Assembly (NCBI GenBank): GCA_964247055.1
Contig: OZ176054.1
Location: forward strand, 3,286,001 to 3,350,000
Length of the DNA stretch: 64,000 nucleotides
Direction: 5' to 3'
From: Paragordius varius
Taxonomy: Eukaryota > Animalia > Nematomorpha
The translations under genes and the position numbers were made by a program. Positions 51,901-64,000 of the stretch are shown piece after piece. How positions within the stretch are numbered: position 1 is the first letter of the stretch; each line of letters starts with the position of its first letter. Below the pieces are notes generated by a model. That model was not told the DNA's origin, made no database searches, and saw nothing but the letters and a program-made list of their open reading frames with translations.

Positions 51901-54900
51901 TCATGTTTGGGTACATTATACCATCTGAAATTGAGACTCCAATCAAATCCACCCAAGCTTAAATCACTGCCCCCAATGTATTGGAATGTTGTTGCGTGTA
52001 TCACATCAATTATAGGGGCTACAACTTTTTTTCTGTTCTTCAAACAGACAAGACAAAAGCAAAAGAATTTGGATTTAGAACAGTTGCAGAGCAAATAAAA
52101 ATTGCCAAAATTTTGGGGTTATTTTTATATATATGACAGCGCTCAAACTTAGGTCCGTAGCTTAAATCCGTAATAATTTTAAAAACCTATAGGAATATTT
52201 TGATAATTAAATAAACCTTACGTAGGCACAATATTTTAGTTAATTTTGTTTGTAGTAGTTTAAAAACAGAATTTATTATCGAAAAGCGCTCTTTTCATAT
52301 GAGCTTAGTTTAAATTACAGTAAAAACTGAAATTATACGGACAAAAAATAAAAATATAGAGGCAAATATTTCTTAAAGACAACCATACAATTTAAATCTT
52401 TATTTTTTTAAATATAACTCGTTGTTTTAAACTGCAAAGTATAAAGATATGACTAATGGTAAGGCAAACAATTATATATTTTACAATTGTAATTATATAG
52501 TTTATATAAAAAAAAATAAGGTTTAAAAAAGGATGGTTTTCTTTTGAAGAAAAATATTTGTCTTTATATTTTTACATTTTGTCCGTATAATTTCAATTTT
52601 TACTGTAATATTTGGCCATATTAGTACATTATATTTAAGCGATATATCTTACTTTTCACCATTATTTGCAAACAATTATTTTGAATCATTAAAATCAGGG
52701 GTGTTCAACACAAATGGGTTCTACCGGGCAGCATTTTAGATTCAAAAAACCGGCAGGCCGCATTTGAAATTCATATTGGTATTCATAAATAATTTATAGA
52801 TTGTAACCATAAGATTGTATAATGTAAGCACAATATGACAATTTTTTTTCCGTCTTACCAATTGGAAAAACTTGTTTATCAATTTTTTTTAAGAAATATC
52901 AATTTCACCAAAACTTTTTGATCATATTTTGCAAATTTTGGATTCCCGAATTCTCGGGCCGAATATAAAGTCTCGCGGAGGGCCGCATATTAGACACCCT
53001 TGATTGAAATTTCCGAAAACGGAAACGCCAATTATTATTATTATTATTATGGTAGTTTTCGTATAATATATAAAAATAGGTTAATTAACTTGTTTTCATA
53101 TATTTCAGCTAACAAAGGCTCTAACCAACCGACATTCACTTCACAATGTGCATCTAAGAAAGTTAGGGTTTGTCCTTTTGCTTTTTCAGCGCCTACAAGT
53201 CTTGCCCTTATAAGCCCAGATCTTTCTTCTAATCGTATTAGGGTTATTTTCCCCTCATGTTCCGAATTAAGAATCTTCAAATAATCATCTAGCGGTCGAC
53301 CAAGATGTGCTAAAGGCAAAAACAGTATTTCTATGTACTGGGTAAACAGGAAATTCCGTAAAATGATCTAATTTAAAAAAAATTATCCACATCAAAACAA
53401 TCAATTTTTTAATTAGTTATATTAAATCATCTAAATTTCCAAAAAACGAATCAAATATGATTTTTTGTGGTTTATTTTAATAGCTCATACCATGCCTATT
53501 TTGTTAAAGGGTTGCAATTTCCGAACCCGGATACAGTTATAAATTAATGCTGTGCAATCAGCATAAGCTAATATAAGTGTTGTTTATTTAAAAACCTTAT
53601 TTATGAGTTTAAACCCTTAAGCTTTAAATTTTAGAATTAATTAAGAAAAAAATTTCTGCAAATTTTGGCTTATTACGTCTATCACTGCAATCATCAACAA
53701 GTATGATTTCAACCAACAGTTCAGGCGGTGTTCTATTCAGTATACTATGGATATTCCGTAACAGTGTTGACCAAGCTTCATTGTGATATATGATAATGAT
53801 CGAGGTATTGGGCAGGTTCCAGGGGTATCTTTTATCAGCACATCTTGATTATGTGTAACAAGGTTTTAAGTTATAATATTAAAAATCCCGTTAAAAAGAA
53901 TTAAATATATAAAATAAGAACAAGACTAGACTGCCATGTCATCTATTTTTTCACTGAGGTTTTACTTAGTTTTATCCTTTTAATTTAAAACTCATTAATA
54001 TAAATTGACCAATCCTGATTGTCTGAGATAAAAAAAATGTAGGGATGAAAAAAATACCCAGGTAATCGAGTATCCGGAAGCGTTCTATCTAACGCAATTA
54101 AATCACTAACATAGACATCAAATTGATTTTCGTTAAACCGTTCTTTGCGTATGGCATCAGCTTCAGCAGAAATAGAAATGCGAGATCCCTTCTCCCCAGG
54201 TCCCAATCTAACTAAATTTTGGGCTACATGAAGAATATTACATTTTACCGATTTATAACTTGAATGTACTTAAAAAATTATTTAAACATGAGAAATACCC
54301 GATTTTCAATCAGTTTTTAAATTTTATCAAAAGTTTATATTAAAAAAAATTGTTGGTTAAATTTAAAATTGATACAATTATTGTATACGTTTTGGTATTA
54401 TGCGATATTTTGGTGGGCGTCTGGTTTGTGAATCCCAGCTATTGTTCAATGGGTCATTTTCTAGTATATACATATGTGGGCATCAGTTAATTTTAATTAC
54501 ACATAAACAAGATAAAATATATAGTTGAACATTGATATATTACAAAGGCTTCATGGAAAAATGGCAAAAACCTCAATATTAAATATGTTTTTGGAAAAAA
54601 ATAATTTTAGTATGATGGTTTATAAATATATAACATTTACAGTTCAAATTCACCTTAAAAATATATTATGTGTTTTCGAACTAAATAACTCATTATTAAT
54701 ATGAAATATATCTTATTTATGGCACAGTTTATTATTTTTTCAGTATTTTTTTGATCTAAGTCAAAATTTTTATTATTTAAAAATATATAAAAATATAGAT
54801 AATTTTTAATCTTAAAAAACACATAATTTGAGGGTGAATTTGAATTGTTCAAGGGTGAATCTGAATTGTTTAATGGTGAATTGGAATTGTAAATGGTATA

Positions 54901-55519
54901 TTATCACCACTGTAACCGTTTTTAATTAATGAAAATTTTAACTACAAGGAATAACGGTGCCTCATAGCCAATTATAGAAACAGGTATATCAAGCCTTATC
55001 ATACTTAAAACTTCCGAACCGCATCGAAAAAAAAATTCCCTGTCGCAATCTACAGGCGACAAATGCAACAATAAAAATTATTTCAAAAATCTTACCCTTC
55101 AATGATGCCAACAATTCAATATGTTCTGCTTTAAATACGGAATGATCATTTTCATACTCATTGGGATAATTTTTGGAATGCCCATTAGGAGGGAAACGTT
55201 GAACAAATTTATTTCGACTTTTACTTTGGTTTCGGTAAAATGCCGAAGGATCTGATGGATAGTTTGAGGCATATTCATTTGATGATTTACATTGTAGAGC
55301 TCCTTCCATATTTTTCATGAAAGTTAAGTAAACTAATTGTCTTTCAATCACAAACATTGACGCCAATATGTCTAGGAATATCCAAGCTAGGGATGTTATA
55401 ATAATAATGTATATGGTATGTTTCCGATACGAACTATAATTATACACCCTTTGCACGGAAGGCGAACCCAAGGGACTGTTTAATCCATCGCCCCGATACG
55501 ATTGTTTGGAAAAATTCAT
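48975..55519 (-). CDS. Polypeptide N-acetylgalactosaminyltransferase (GT27, with ricin-type lectin domain)
   Basis: About 11 exons. TM segment [40 protein letters not shown] metal motif, [30 protein letters not shown] and C-terminal CLD/QQW lectin repeats. Stop at 48977-48975. The paralog cannot be assigned by eye. Confidence 0.95.
52316..52608. mobile_element. ~300-bp palindromic MITE family (intronic in GALNT)
   Basis: ttacagtaaaaactgaaattatacggacaaaa is mirrored by ttttgtccgtataatttcaatttttactgtaa. Related copies near 30100-30400, 42470-42810, 50090-50330 and 51200-51450. Confidence 0.6.
52696..53002. mobile_element. hAT-type MITE
   Basis: Termini CAGGGGTGTTCAA / TTAGACACCCTTG. Flanks ATTAAAAT / ATTGAAAT (7/8 match of an 8-bp TSD). 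Confidence 0.7.
54631..54898. mobile_element. TA-flanked MITE, same family as 63187-63409
   Basis: catttacagttcaaattcacc at the left end; gggtgaatttgaattg repeats and tgtaaatggtata at the right end. Confidence 0.55.
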
Positions 55520-56729
55520 ATAGAAAATCAAAATGTGAAAAATTTTCAATCAGAAGAAAAAATTGCAAATTTTATCTATATATATTTACACACAAACACA
55601 CAATAGATATAAGTATGTGGGGAAACTATCTTTGTTAGTTTATAATATGTATGTATATGTTGTATAAAATAAAACAAATAATAAGGTCACTTAAGCTAAA
55701 TGGATTGCGAAAAAACCGGTCGGCGCGCGTATATATATAGAGATAGACCTCCACACTAATGTTTATAGATAAACAAATAAACACACATTTTTTTGTAGAT
55801 AAATAGTTAGATAGATACCAAGTAAATTGGTATTTTATTGTACACATATAGAACACAACCGTATTAGCTGGGAAATTATATGATTTTTTTCTTAATATAT
55901 CATTTATTGGTGTAATAAAGTTTATTTTGATTTTATTGACTAAATTCGCAATTAGTATCTAGTTTAGGAATTTTCCATTTTTTTATTTCGTTGATATGCT
56001 GCCATATGCAGCCAAAGATTAGATTAATGGTATGATATCTTAATTTGGCAATTACAGACTAATAATGACATATTTTTGAAAAAAACATGATTATTGATAA
56101 TATCACTCTGACCGACCGTCGTAACTTATGCAAACAACAAAAAGATTTTTTTGAAAATGAAAGAACTACAAAAGTTGTTTGGGAATAATTCCCTAATACA
56201 GATTATAAATGTGTGTATATTTGAAAAATTCCTCATTTTATAATAAATTTCAAACAAGCATATGTTAAAATTCATGATAACCATGCCCTCCAATAGTTTT
56301 TGTCATCTTTAATTTAGACAAGTTTTTGCTTTAAAGGGAATACAAAATTACATTTCATTACAAAATAGGAAATCTTTAACCATTGTAAAATGTTACAAGG
56401 GTCGGATCAAAAATATCAGCCCCCATTAGAAACGTGTAAGTTTGATCGCCTATGAATGCAGTCATTTTTGATTATATAAATGTTATAAATAACATAAATT
56501 AAATGCTTTATCTTAATCGCTAAAACTTCCTTATAGCAGAATAGCATAAATAATTAATTTTTATATAATAACCTATTGCACTAAACCTGATTCATATGTC
56601 TATTATTGGCTAAAAAATGCGTAATTCTGAAAGGAGATCAATTATTTATTTAATCAAAAATTTAACTATTACACATTTACCCCATCTCTCAAGTAATATA
56701 TGAATACAATGCCAGAAAAACTGTTTCTC

Positions 56730-57900
56730 TTTTGTAGAAAACCATTTGTCAAGCTATTTTCCAAAGTCTGCTAAATTATTGAAGTGCTGCTCCACGAGCA
56801 TGTCCTCCATTGATCTCAAAAAGAGGTAATGGATAGATGGCGGTAGGTCAGAAGAATATGGGGTAGCGGAAGAATATCCCATCAAAGCGATTTTAAGCTT
56901 TTCATTGGTTTTGCCATGTGAGACGGAGAATTTTTATCTATCAAATTCATTTTTCCATGTCATATGCCCTATTTCGCACATTTGATAAATGCATGGTTTA
57001 AGTCAGGGCTGGCCAACATGCGGCCATCTTAGACATTAAAAAATTTGGAAATTTATTATTTGCAAAGATATGTTCATAAAATCTAGGGATAGTTATTAAT
57101 TATTATACATATTTTGTGAATAGGTATACCCAATTGGCAAGGAACTACAAAAGATGTTATATTGTGTATGTATTTTTCAGTTTAAGTCTAAAATCCAATA
57201 AAATATTCTCTGAATGTTTTGAATAAAAAATGCGGCCCACGAAGCAATTTGTTTTGAACATCCCTGGTTTCAAATCATTTGGTAGCGCGTGTGCATTAAT
57301 GATTTATTGGCCTTCAAAGTTCAGAATATGCAATACCGCTCTGGTATACATTGAGCATGGTGATCTTGCCGAAGCCATTTAGCCTTTGGTGTTGATGGAC
57401 CGGCTTAATGTGAATACGATTTTTTTCTGTTTGGATTTACAGAATAAAGCCATTTCTCATTACACGTCAGTTCGATGTAAAAAATATTACTTTTCCTGAC
57501 GCTGATCACGATTTCACAAGTTCTTTGATATATTTCATTTGACGTTTTCAAATTGTGTGCAATCCACTTGCCAATTTTGTAATGCTTGAATTAGACATAT
57601 ACTGATTATTTTTTATCCATATAATGATGTTAAAGGCCATTGAATTTGGGTAAGATCATCATTCAGTAACCTTAAAGTTGACTGTAACAAGCAGTATAGT
57701 ACTCTAACCAAGCGCCAAATGCCTTTCAATATCCTATTTTAACTCTAAATAGAGTATGACCATATGCTTATCTCAGCAAAGATAACTTTCAACAGTACTG
57801 TTTTATATTATAAAAAGCAATGCGAACCGCAATTCCTTACATACAATTCGACATGATTACTGAATGATAAAATAAAATGCTAGTTTTTGGTCGACTGTCG
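56730..57900 (-). mobile_element. Highly decayed hAT-like remnant related to 13230-14100, interrupted by a MITE
   Basis: Blocks of nucleotide similarity to 13230-14100 in the same order; no intact ORF. Confidence 0.45.
57004..57266. mobile_element. hAT-type MITE
   Basis: Termini CAGGGCTGGCCAAC / GAACATCCCTG with subterminal tgcggcc motifs; TSD only partly matching. Confidence 0.55.
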
Positions 57901-58807
57901 TTTAAATCAGATGTACCAATAGCGCCTGAGTCAATCTTAATATTTTAAATATTATTCGCTGATGTTTTATTTACAACGGTAACCATGCTTCTATTACCAT
58001 AAAATTTGTTTTCACAAAATTCTGTGAACATTAAATATATGATCTCAAAATTCTGAGATATTTAATTTTTATCCCCATATCTAGGCATTTTAGCCGTTAT
58101 TTCATTTTAAAATTTGAGATGTCACATCAAAAAAATAGGCCTTTCAAATACAGTATTAACATATATATTGACATTTTTTAAAATAAAGCATTTAGCTATT
58201 ACCAAAGCGTATGCGTAAATCTTTAAGCTCTTGATATAAAACAAGTATCACAAAACAGGTAAAACCTTTCTAAATATACTCGGACCACAAACCAATACCA
58301 AAATGCCTAATTTACTATTCATTATTTTTTATTTCCTCCGATTTTGCACACTGTGTGACGTTACTTTATTTTTTTATATTTAGGCCGAATACTTTTATGA
58401 TTTTTGTAAACTTTTGCAACATAAAATCAAATTATAATGGTAATTTATGATAAAATAACCACCACCAAACCAAACCTGTAAGTTAGAATGTAAGTTAATA
58501 CGCAAGTTTTTTATTGGAATTTTTTTTAAAAAAATAATGCTTGGCACTATGTAAATTTTGGTATCAGTTTTATTTTACTTAAGTAAAATATATATTATAT
58601 TTTAATATATCCCATTTATATATATCCGTTCATTCAATTATTATATATTTTTATGGTGTAAAATAATGAAAAACACCCCATATTCATAGGTTGACAATAT
58701 ATAAAGCTTTTAAATCTACCAATGCTAAATTAATTGAACCGTCAGAAATGATAAAAGAAGTTTATTTATAAAAATTTATCGGGAAATTATTTTATGTTAG
58801 CCATTAA

Positions 58808-60781
58808 ATGGCGCTCACCTGGAAAGATGCTTCAAATGAAGTTATTGTAGACGCCCTTCCCTACATCGATCATGGTTATGATGATCCACGAATTCGCGAA
58901 ATAGTAATTATTTTATCTAATTTTTAAGACTTTGGCTTTAGTTGATGAAGAAACTAAACGATATAAATCTACAAAAAATTATTTGGAACATTTACCACCT
59001 TTGAAGTTGACCGATTTCGAAACACCTATTATGAAACATGAATTTCAGCGCATAGCCAATCATACACCTCTAGAAATGATGAATATGCGACGGTATATAT
59101 TTAATCGCATTTATGTTATTATATATATTAATTAATATATTACTAACTTTAGGTTCAGTTATATGAGCTTATTTTATATCTACAATCAACCATACTAATT
59201 TTGAAACAGCATAAAGATTATTTTTTTAGATATGAGTTACCACAACCTCCTTCCACAAAAATGAATGATCTGACAGCCTGGACGGAAGCGGTCGAAAATT
59301 CGATGGCACAATTGGAACATCAAGCCACAAGGTAGAATAATTCTTAATTTTAATTCATTTTTTTGTCGGTATTTTTTATCATTGAGGTTTTTGAAATCTA
59401 TGTAATACCAGACAAAATTGGTTAACAATATATATTTGTTTTTAACTCATAATAAATTATTTTATTTTGATAGACTATTGGACGCGCATATTGATTAATT
59501 TACATTATTTTAATTTTTTTCCCCAAATTATATACTTGTCGCCTTATATGATTTTTCATTAATATTATCAAATTTTTTATTTAATCATATAGAATATCTA
59601 ACCTAGAACTAATGTCAGAATATGGGACCATAACATGGAAAAATTATATTGAAGTTTTGAATGGGATGGTGGATCAATTGCGTAAAGAAGTTTTAGCAAT
59701 AAAGTAACTATTTTTATAAAAATAAAAATAATTTTTATGGACTAAATAGGACTGTTTTAAATTTTAGGAGGCTTACTAAATTTCTCATGAAAAGAGCAGT
59801 TTTTTAATTGGAACCTTAAAATAAACTGTGTACAGGCAAGCTATAATATATGCAATATTCAAAGTTGATTAAATAGTTTTACAGCATTGTCTTGGATCAA
59901 TTATTCATATTGTATTGCCTATTTCCCAAAATTAAATTGTTATAATTTGCTCATTCTCTTTATAAAAATGTATTTTTTTAAAATGGTGGTTGGGTAAAAA
60001 TGAAGCTTTTGAATTATTGAAATATAGTTTTAATGTTTGAAAAACCGATTAACATTCTTATTTAAAATGTAATATACAGTTTTGTAAATTGTTAATTTTT
60101 TTACTAATAATTTTTTGTGCAGAAAAAAGACACAAGAAGTAAACTGGCAACGGAAAAATCAACAAACTCAAATGGGCAAAGAGTTGGAAGATTTAGAATC
60201 AAAGTATTAATATCGATTATTTAATGTTTATTATTTTGGTAGGATTTATATTTGAAAAGTTTTTTTTTAAACAGTATGTAACCGTGTTAGATTTATAAAT
60301 AATAATTTATTAGATAGTGTTAATTTATTCTCATTTTCGCTATTTTATATTAAATAATAAATTATACCCTGTAAAAAATTTTAGTATTTTTTTAAATGTC
60401 GTCATATGTTTTTACCTGAGTTATACAAATATAATAAAAAACGTTTTCATTTTACGACTATTTTAGTGTTATTTCAAAAGTTTTAATTTTTTTGAAAAAA
60501 AAAATAAGAAAGAAATTAAAATATAGTATTCAAAGGGTAAGTTTGGTTTATAATAAAATTAAGAATTCACATCGATTTTTAATTTTATTTTTTTTGATGA
60601 ATTCTATAGCGTAATTTTATTAAAGTAATAAATTAGCTCGGTTTTTTCAATTAATCTTTTATGTCATAGTTGGGTTGGTTTAGTCAGCAAAAACTATGAA
60701 ATCGAAAGAGCCATCGTTGAATTGGACAAAGAAATACAAAGGATACGATCGCACAAAGAAAAGCTTATTGCCTCTTCCTAA
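58808..60781 (+). CDS. BCAS2: Pre-mRNA splicing factor SPF27 / BCAS2 (Prp19 complex)
   Basis: Exons 58808-58903 ([10 protein letters not shown]), 58929-59092, 59230-59331 (RYELPQP), 59593-59703, 60123-60203 (VNWQRKNQQ) and 60670-60781 ([14 protein letters not shown]) join in frame. Confidence 0.95.
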
Positions 60782-61451
60782 TGTGATAATACTATTTATT
60801 GTATATTATGTTAATAAATTAATTTTCATATATATATATATATATATTTATATATTGTAAAAATTAAAATTATACTGACAAAACGTAACACGCAAACATT
60901 TTTTTACAAAAAACCTCTTTTTTAACTTTTAAATATAACTCATCGCTTTTGGTTGCAAAGTATTAAAAAGATGTGTAAATTGGTAACATATACAATTATT
61001 AAACAAAGTATACTGGAAAAATTGTGGTTAAAAAAGTATGGTTGCCTCTGGAAAAAAATTTCGTTTTTAAAAATATTTGCTAAAATTTGATAGTCGTTTT
61101 TTAATTTCTACAATACTTCTTGATACAGTAATTAGATATATTAATAAATGGCTCTTTAAAATTGTTACAGTCAGAAGTTTTATTTTCCGTTTTTATTGAT
61201 ATTATGTAAAATTACATTTTTACTCCCTATGTACAATCAAAAAGACCATACAACCAGTAACCTTACTGTTAATTTATCTGATTAATAAATCAAATTTTGG
61301 TAATTATGTTTTTTATCAAAAGTATATAATTATATATTAACCCATTTATTAAGGCGAAATGGTGTTTTTCATTATTAATACATTAATTATATCATACATT
61401 TTTTTGGGGGCAAATAATAATTTTTTCAAATATCATTTTACATCACATATA

Positions 61452-62117
61452 TCACAATTTTTCATATAACCAAAGCCGGTCATGCCCTTCTCCAATTTCT
61501 TGGACAAGTTTAAATGGGACATTTTGTTTAAATGCATTTTTCGTGTTTTTATCAATATTATAATTATAATTTTGGCCGTATAAAGGGAATCTACAAGTCA
61601 AAATTTTAGATCCTGGTATTAATTCTTCACACAACTTTTCACGGAGGTCTGGCATCATTTCTTTCACCCCAAACACTACGACAGTATTATAATTTGTCAG
61701 GGGATATGTCCACAAATTTCTCCATACAAATTTAATTTCATTCCGTTTCCCAGTTTTTACTTGTGATAATGTTTTAAAGTTTTGAGCAAATTTAACCAAA
61801 TTACAATAGGCAATGAGCCATGCATTTGTTTCAATACCATGGGCTGGTTTTATCCCCAATCCGGCTGCACTAAAAACTAATCGACCATCACCAGATCCTA
61901 AATCAATTAGGGGTCCTTTACAGTTGTGGAGTCTTAATAATCTCATACAATTGGTGAGTTGTGTTGAAGTGGCTGGTAGGTAGGGAATACAGATCCGTTT
62001 TAGAGCTGGTGCAATGAATGGGAATAAGAGGGCATTTATGCCAACAAAAAAACCGCCAGACCACAAAAACGTTTTCCAATTCGGTGGTAAATTAAGTGTA
62101 GTTGTTGTTTCACACAT
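61452..62117 (-). CDS. ATPSCKMT: Mitochondrial protein-lysine methyltransferase, FAM173 family (ATPSCKMT-like), intronless
   Basis: Single ORF with an N-terminal hydrophobic segment, PFIAPALKRICIPYLPAT, DLGSGDGRLV, GIETNAWL, FGVKEMM, CRFPL and GEGHDRLWLY. Confidence 0.85.
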   Translation of the reverse strand: MCETTTTLNLPPNWKTFLWSGGFFVGINALLFPFIAPALKRICIPYLPATSTQLTNCMRLLRLHNCKGPLIDLGSGDGRLVFSAAGLGIKPAHGIETNAWLIAYCNLVKFAQNFKTLSQVKTGKRNEIKFVWRNLWTYPLTNYNTVVVFGVKEMMPDLREKLCEELIPGSKILTCRFPLYGQNYNYNIDKNTKNAFKQNVPFKLVQEIGEGHDRLWLYEKL

Positions 62118-62361
62118 ACAGAGAAGAGTTTTGATTTAAAGTCAAAAAATTCGTTTCATTTCATATGGTTATTAGGTTAGGAAGGACTAATTATAGAATA
62201 ATTTCACGTGTTTACACCCCTTACGGATAATACATATTATTTCCACCCCACAAAATGGGCTTCTAAAAGAGTATGTATGTATAATTACAATATGCATATC
62301 CAAATCATGAGAGATTGCTGTTTTATAAAAATTAAATAAAAGCAACTTTAAATGTATAATA

Positions 62362-63640
62362 TCAAGTAAAACTAATTTCGACATCCATCACATAATGCGT
62401 TACCAAGGGGGCATAAGATTTGACACGTGTTAAACGCCTAATACATATATCATAATTTGGGATTGTCGAAATATTTTTCCCAAAATCTTTTAAGAATTTA
62501 AAATCTAGAATTTTCTTTGCACAGCAGGTAAAGTCAAAAGCCATTTCAATCAACCATATTAGGGGGAGAAAACGTTTATAAAAGAGGGTTTTATTACTTT
62601 GTTTTCCATCAATTTGCTCTAAATATGTTTTAAATAGACTAAGAGGTTGGTCTTGGAATTTATCAAAATGCGATACATGTTTCACCCATAGATTGCTAAT
62701 AAGTTCACGGTTAAACTTTAAGTTTTTCACAGTATTGAGCATATCTAAATTCTTTTTACCATCATCATCAAATTTAGGTTTAATACCAAAAATTTGAGAT
62801 ATGATTTCTGAAAAACTTTGCAGAGATTGGTCATTTTCATTATCTTCATCGGGGAGCCTGTTTGTTGAAATTAAATTTTCCCTAGATATCATAATTTCTG
62901 CTATAAAATCCAAAAAGGTAGCGATGTTTTTTTCGTCTTCTAACAACCTATCTCCATGCCGTATTCTTAATAGCTATAATGTAAAAAAATAAAAAATATT
63001 ATAAAATTGGACAGAAAATGATATTATAAGATGTTAAAATACAGATTGTTTCAAACGCTTTTCCATGGTACGAACATCACAATTCTCATGAATATGCAAG
63101 ATTTTGGTCGAATAATTTGGTTTATCTAAAGAGAATTTTTTAAATAAAACGCATTTAAAAATTTGTTATTAAAAACAACTTATATACCATTTACAGTTCA
63201 TATCCACCCTTAAAGAATTCAAATTCGCCCTCAAAGAAAATTGTTTTTTACGATCAAAAATTACCAATATTTTTATATATTTTTAAAAATATAAAAATTT
63301 TGTTTTAATATAATACTGAAAAAATAATAAAATATGCCATATTAATAATGAGTTATATTGGTTTTAAGATGAATTTGAATTGTTAAAGGGTAATTTGAAC
63401 TGTAAATGGTATATTAAAATAGATCTAAACATTATATTTAAACTTTTTATAATATAATATTTTTGATATATATTTAATCAAATCAAAAGACAGAATTTTA
63501 AGAAATATATTTCGGGCTAAAAAACTACTTTTACCATTTGTTGTAGGCAACTTTAGTGCGTTTACGGCAGACTCCCATGAGGCTTTAGAAGATGGAATTA
63601 AGCCTAATATAACTCTATCGGCAACATTTGAAGGAGTTAC
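62362..63640 (-). CDS. 3' part of an unidentified multi-exon protein-coding gene (continues upstream)
   Basis: Phase-compatible GT-AG exons 63640-63535, 63125-63043 and 62973-62362 give about 265 aa without stops in very AT-rich DNA. No family recognised. Confidence 0.65.
63187..63409. mobile_element. TA-flanked MITE (Tc1/mariner-type TSD) in an intron
   Basis: Perfect 18-bp inverted repeat tataccatttacagttca (63183-63200) / tgaactgtaaatggtata (63396-63413). Confidence 0.7.
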
Positions 63641-64000
63641 CTTGAAATGATAAAAAGAAAATTAATTTTTTTAATCCAATAAAGTAAAGATTTAGTTAAA
63701 AAAGTAAGGATTTCAAAATCAAAAAATATATTTTTAAAAACATCTAGATATCAAAATACTTTTATATTTTATCTAAAAGTGGTTATATCTGCACAATATA
63801 CATATGTGTAAAATTTTATCAATTAATTATATATTCCATTTGCAGTTCAAATTTACTCTCAAACAATTAAAATTCACCCTAAAATAAATTATGTGCTTTT
63901 TAAAATTTAAAATTACCTACATTTTCTAAATTTTTTTAAAATTGAAATTTTGTTTTAAAATATTATACTAAAAAAATAATAAACAATCTCATAAAGATAT

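Noticed and set aside
62947-62973. RHGDR motif in the unidentified gene as a third histidine phosphatase
   Set aside because: The motif is mid-protein, not preceded by the hydrophobic beta-strand, and no downstream SSxxxR or HD motifs are present; likely coincidence.
1-64000. tRNA, rRNA, snRNA genes, CRISPR arrays or prokaryotic operons
   Set aside because: No cloverleaf, rRNA-like block or repeat-spacer array was recognised by eye, and the genes are intron-containing and eukaryotic. A covariance-model search would be needed to exclude small ncRNAs.

Overview
Very AT-rich animal (invertebrate-type) nuclear DNA using the standard genetic code; it is not prokaryotic. Positions 1-11.3 kb are a nest of transposons: hAT MITEs, a decayed Blackjack-type hAT, a TTAA-flanked MITE, and a foldback element interrupted by a young full-length Ty3/Gypsy LTR retrotransposon (4935-9463, minus strand, near-identical LTRs, 5-bp TSD). 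Manual splicing reconstruction gives about 11 host genes. In order: a laminin/EGF-repeat protein (-), two tandem secreted histidine acid phosphatases (-, the second probably catalytically dead), a UCH-L3-like deubiquitinase (-) head-to-head with NAD kinase (+), a Ser/Thr dehydratase (+), an Imp-L2/ZIG-type two-Ig protein (+), a GALNT (-), BCAS2/SPF27 (+), ATPSCKMT/FAM173 (-) and the 3' part of an unidentified gene (-). The most striking features: (i) eight GT-AG introns of only 25-31 nt coexisting with 50-1500-nt introns, including a conserved 12-nt microexon flanked by 26- and 27-nt introns; (ii) two divergent genes whose start codons are 43 nt apart; (iii) a 233-aa segment with furin-type sites inside the first Ig domain of the Imp-L2-like protein; (iv) a pseudo-phosphatase paralog. 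All gene models and family names come from reading the sequence by eye and recalling family motifs. No database searches were run and no RNA evidence was available.
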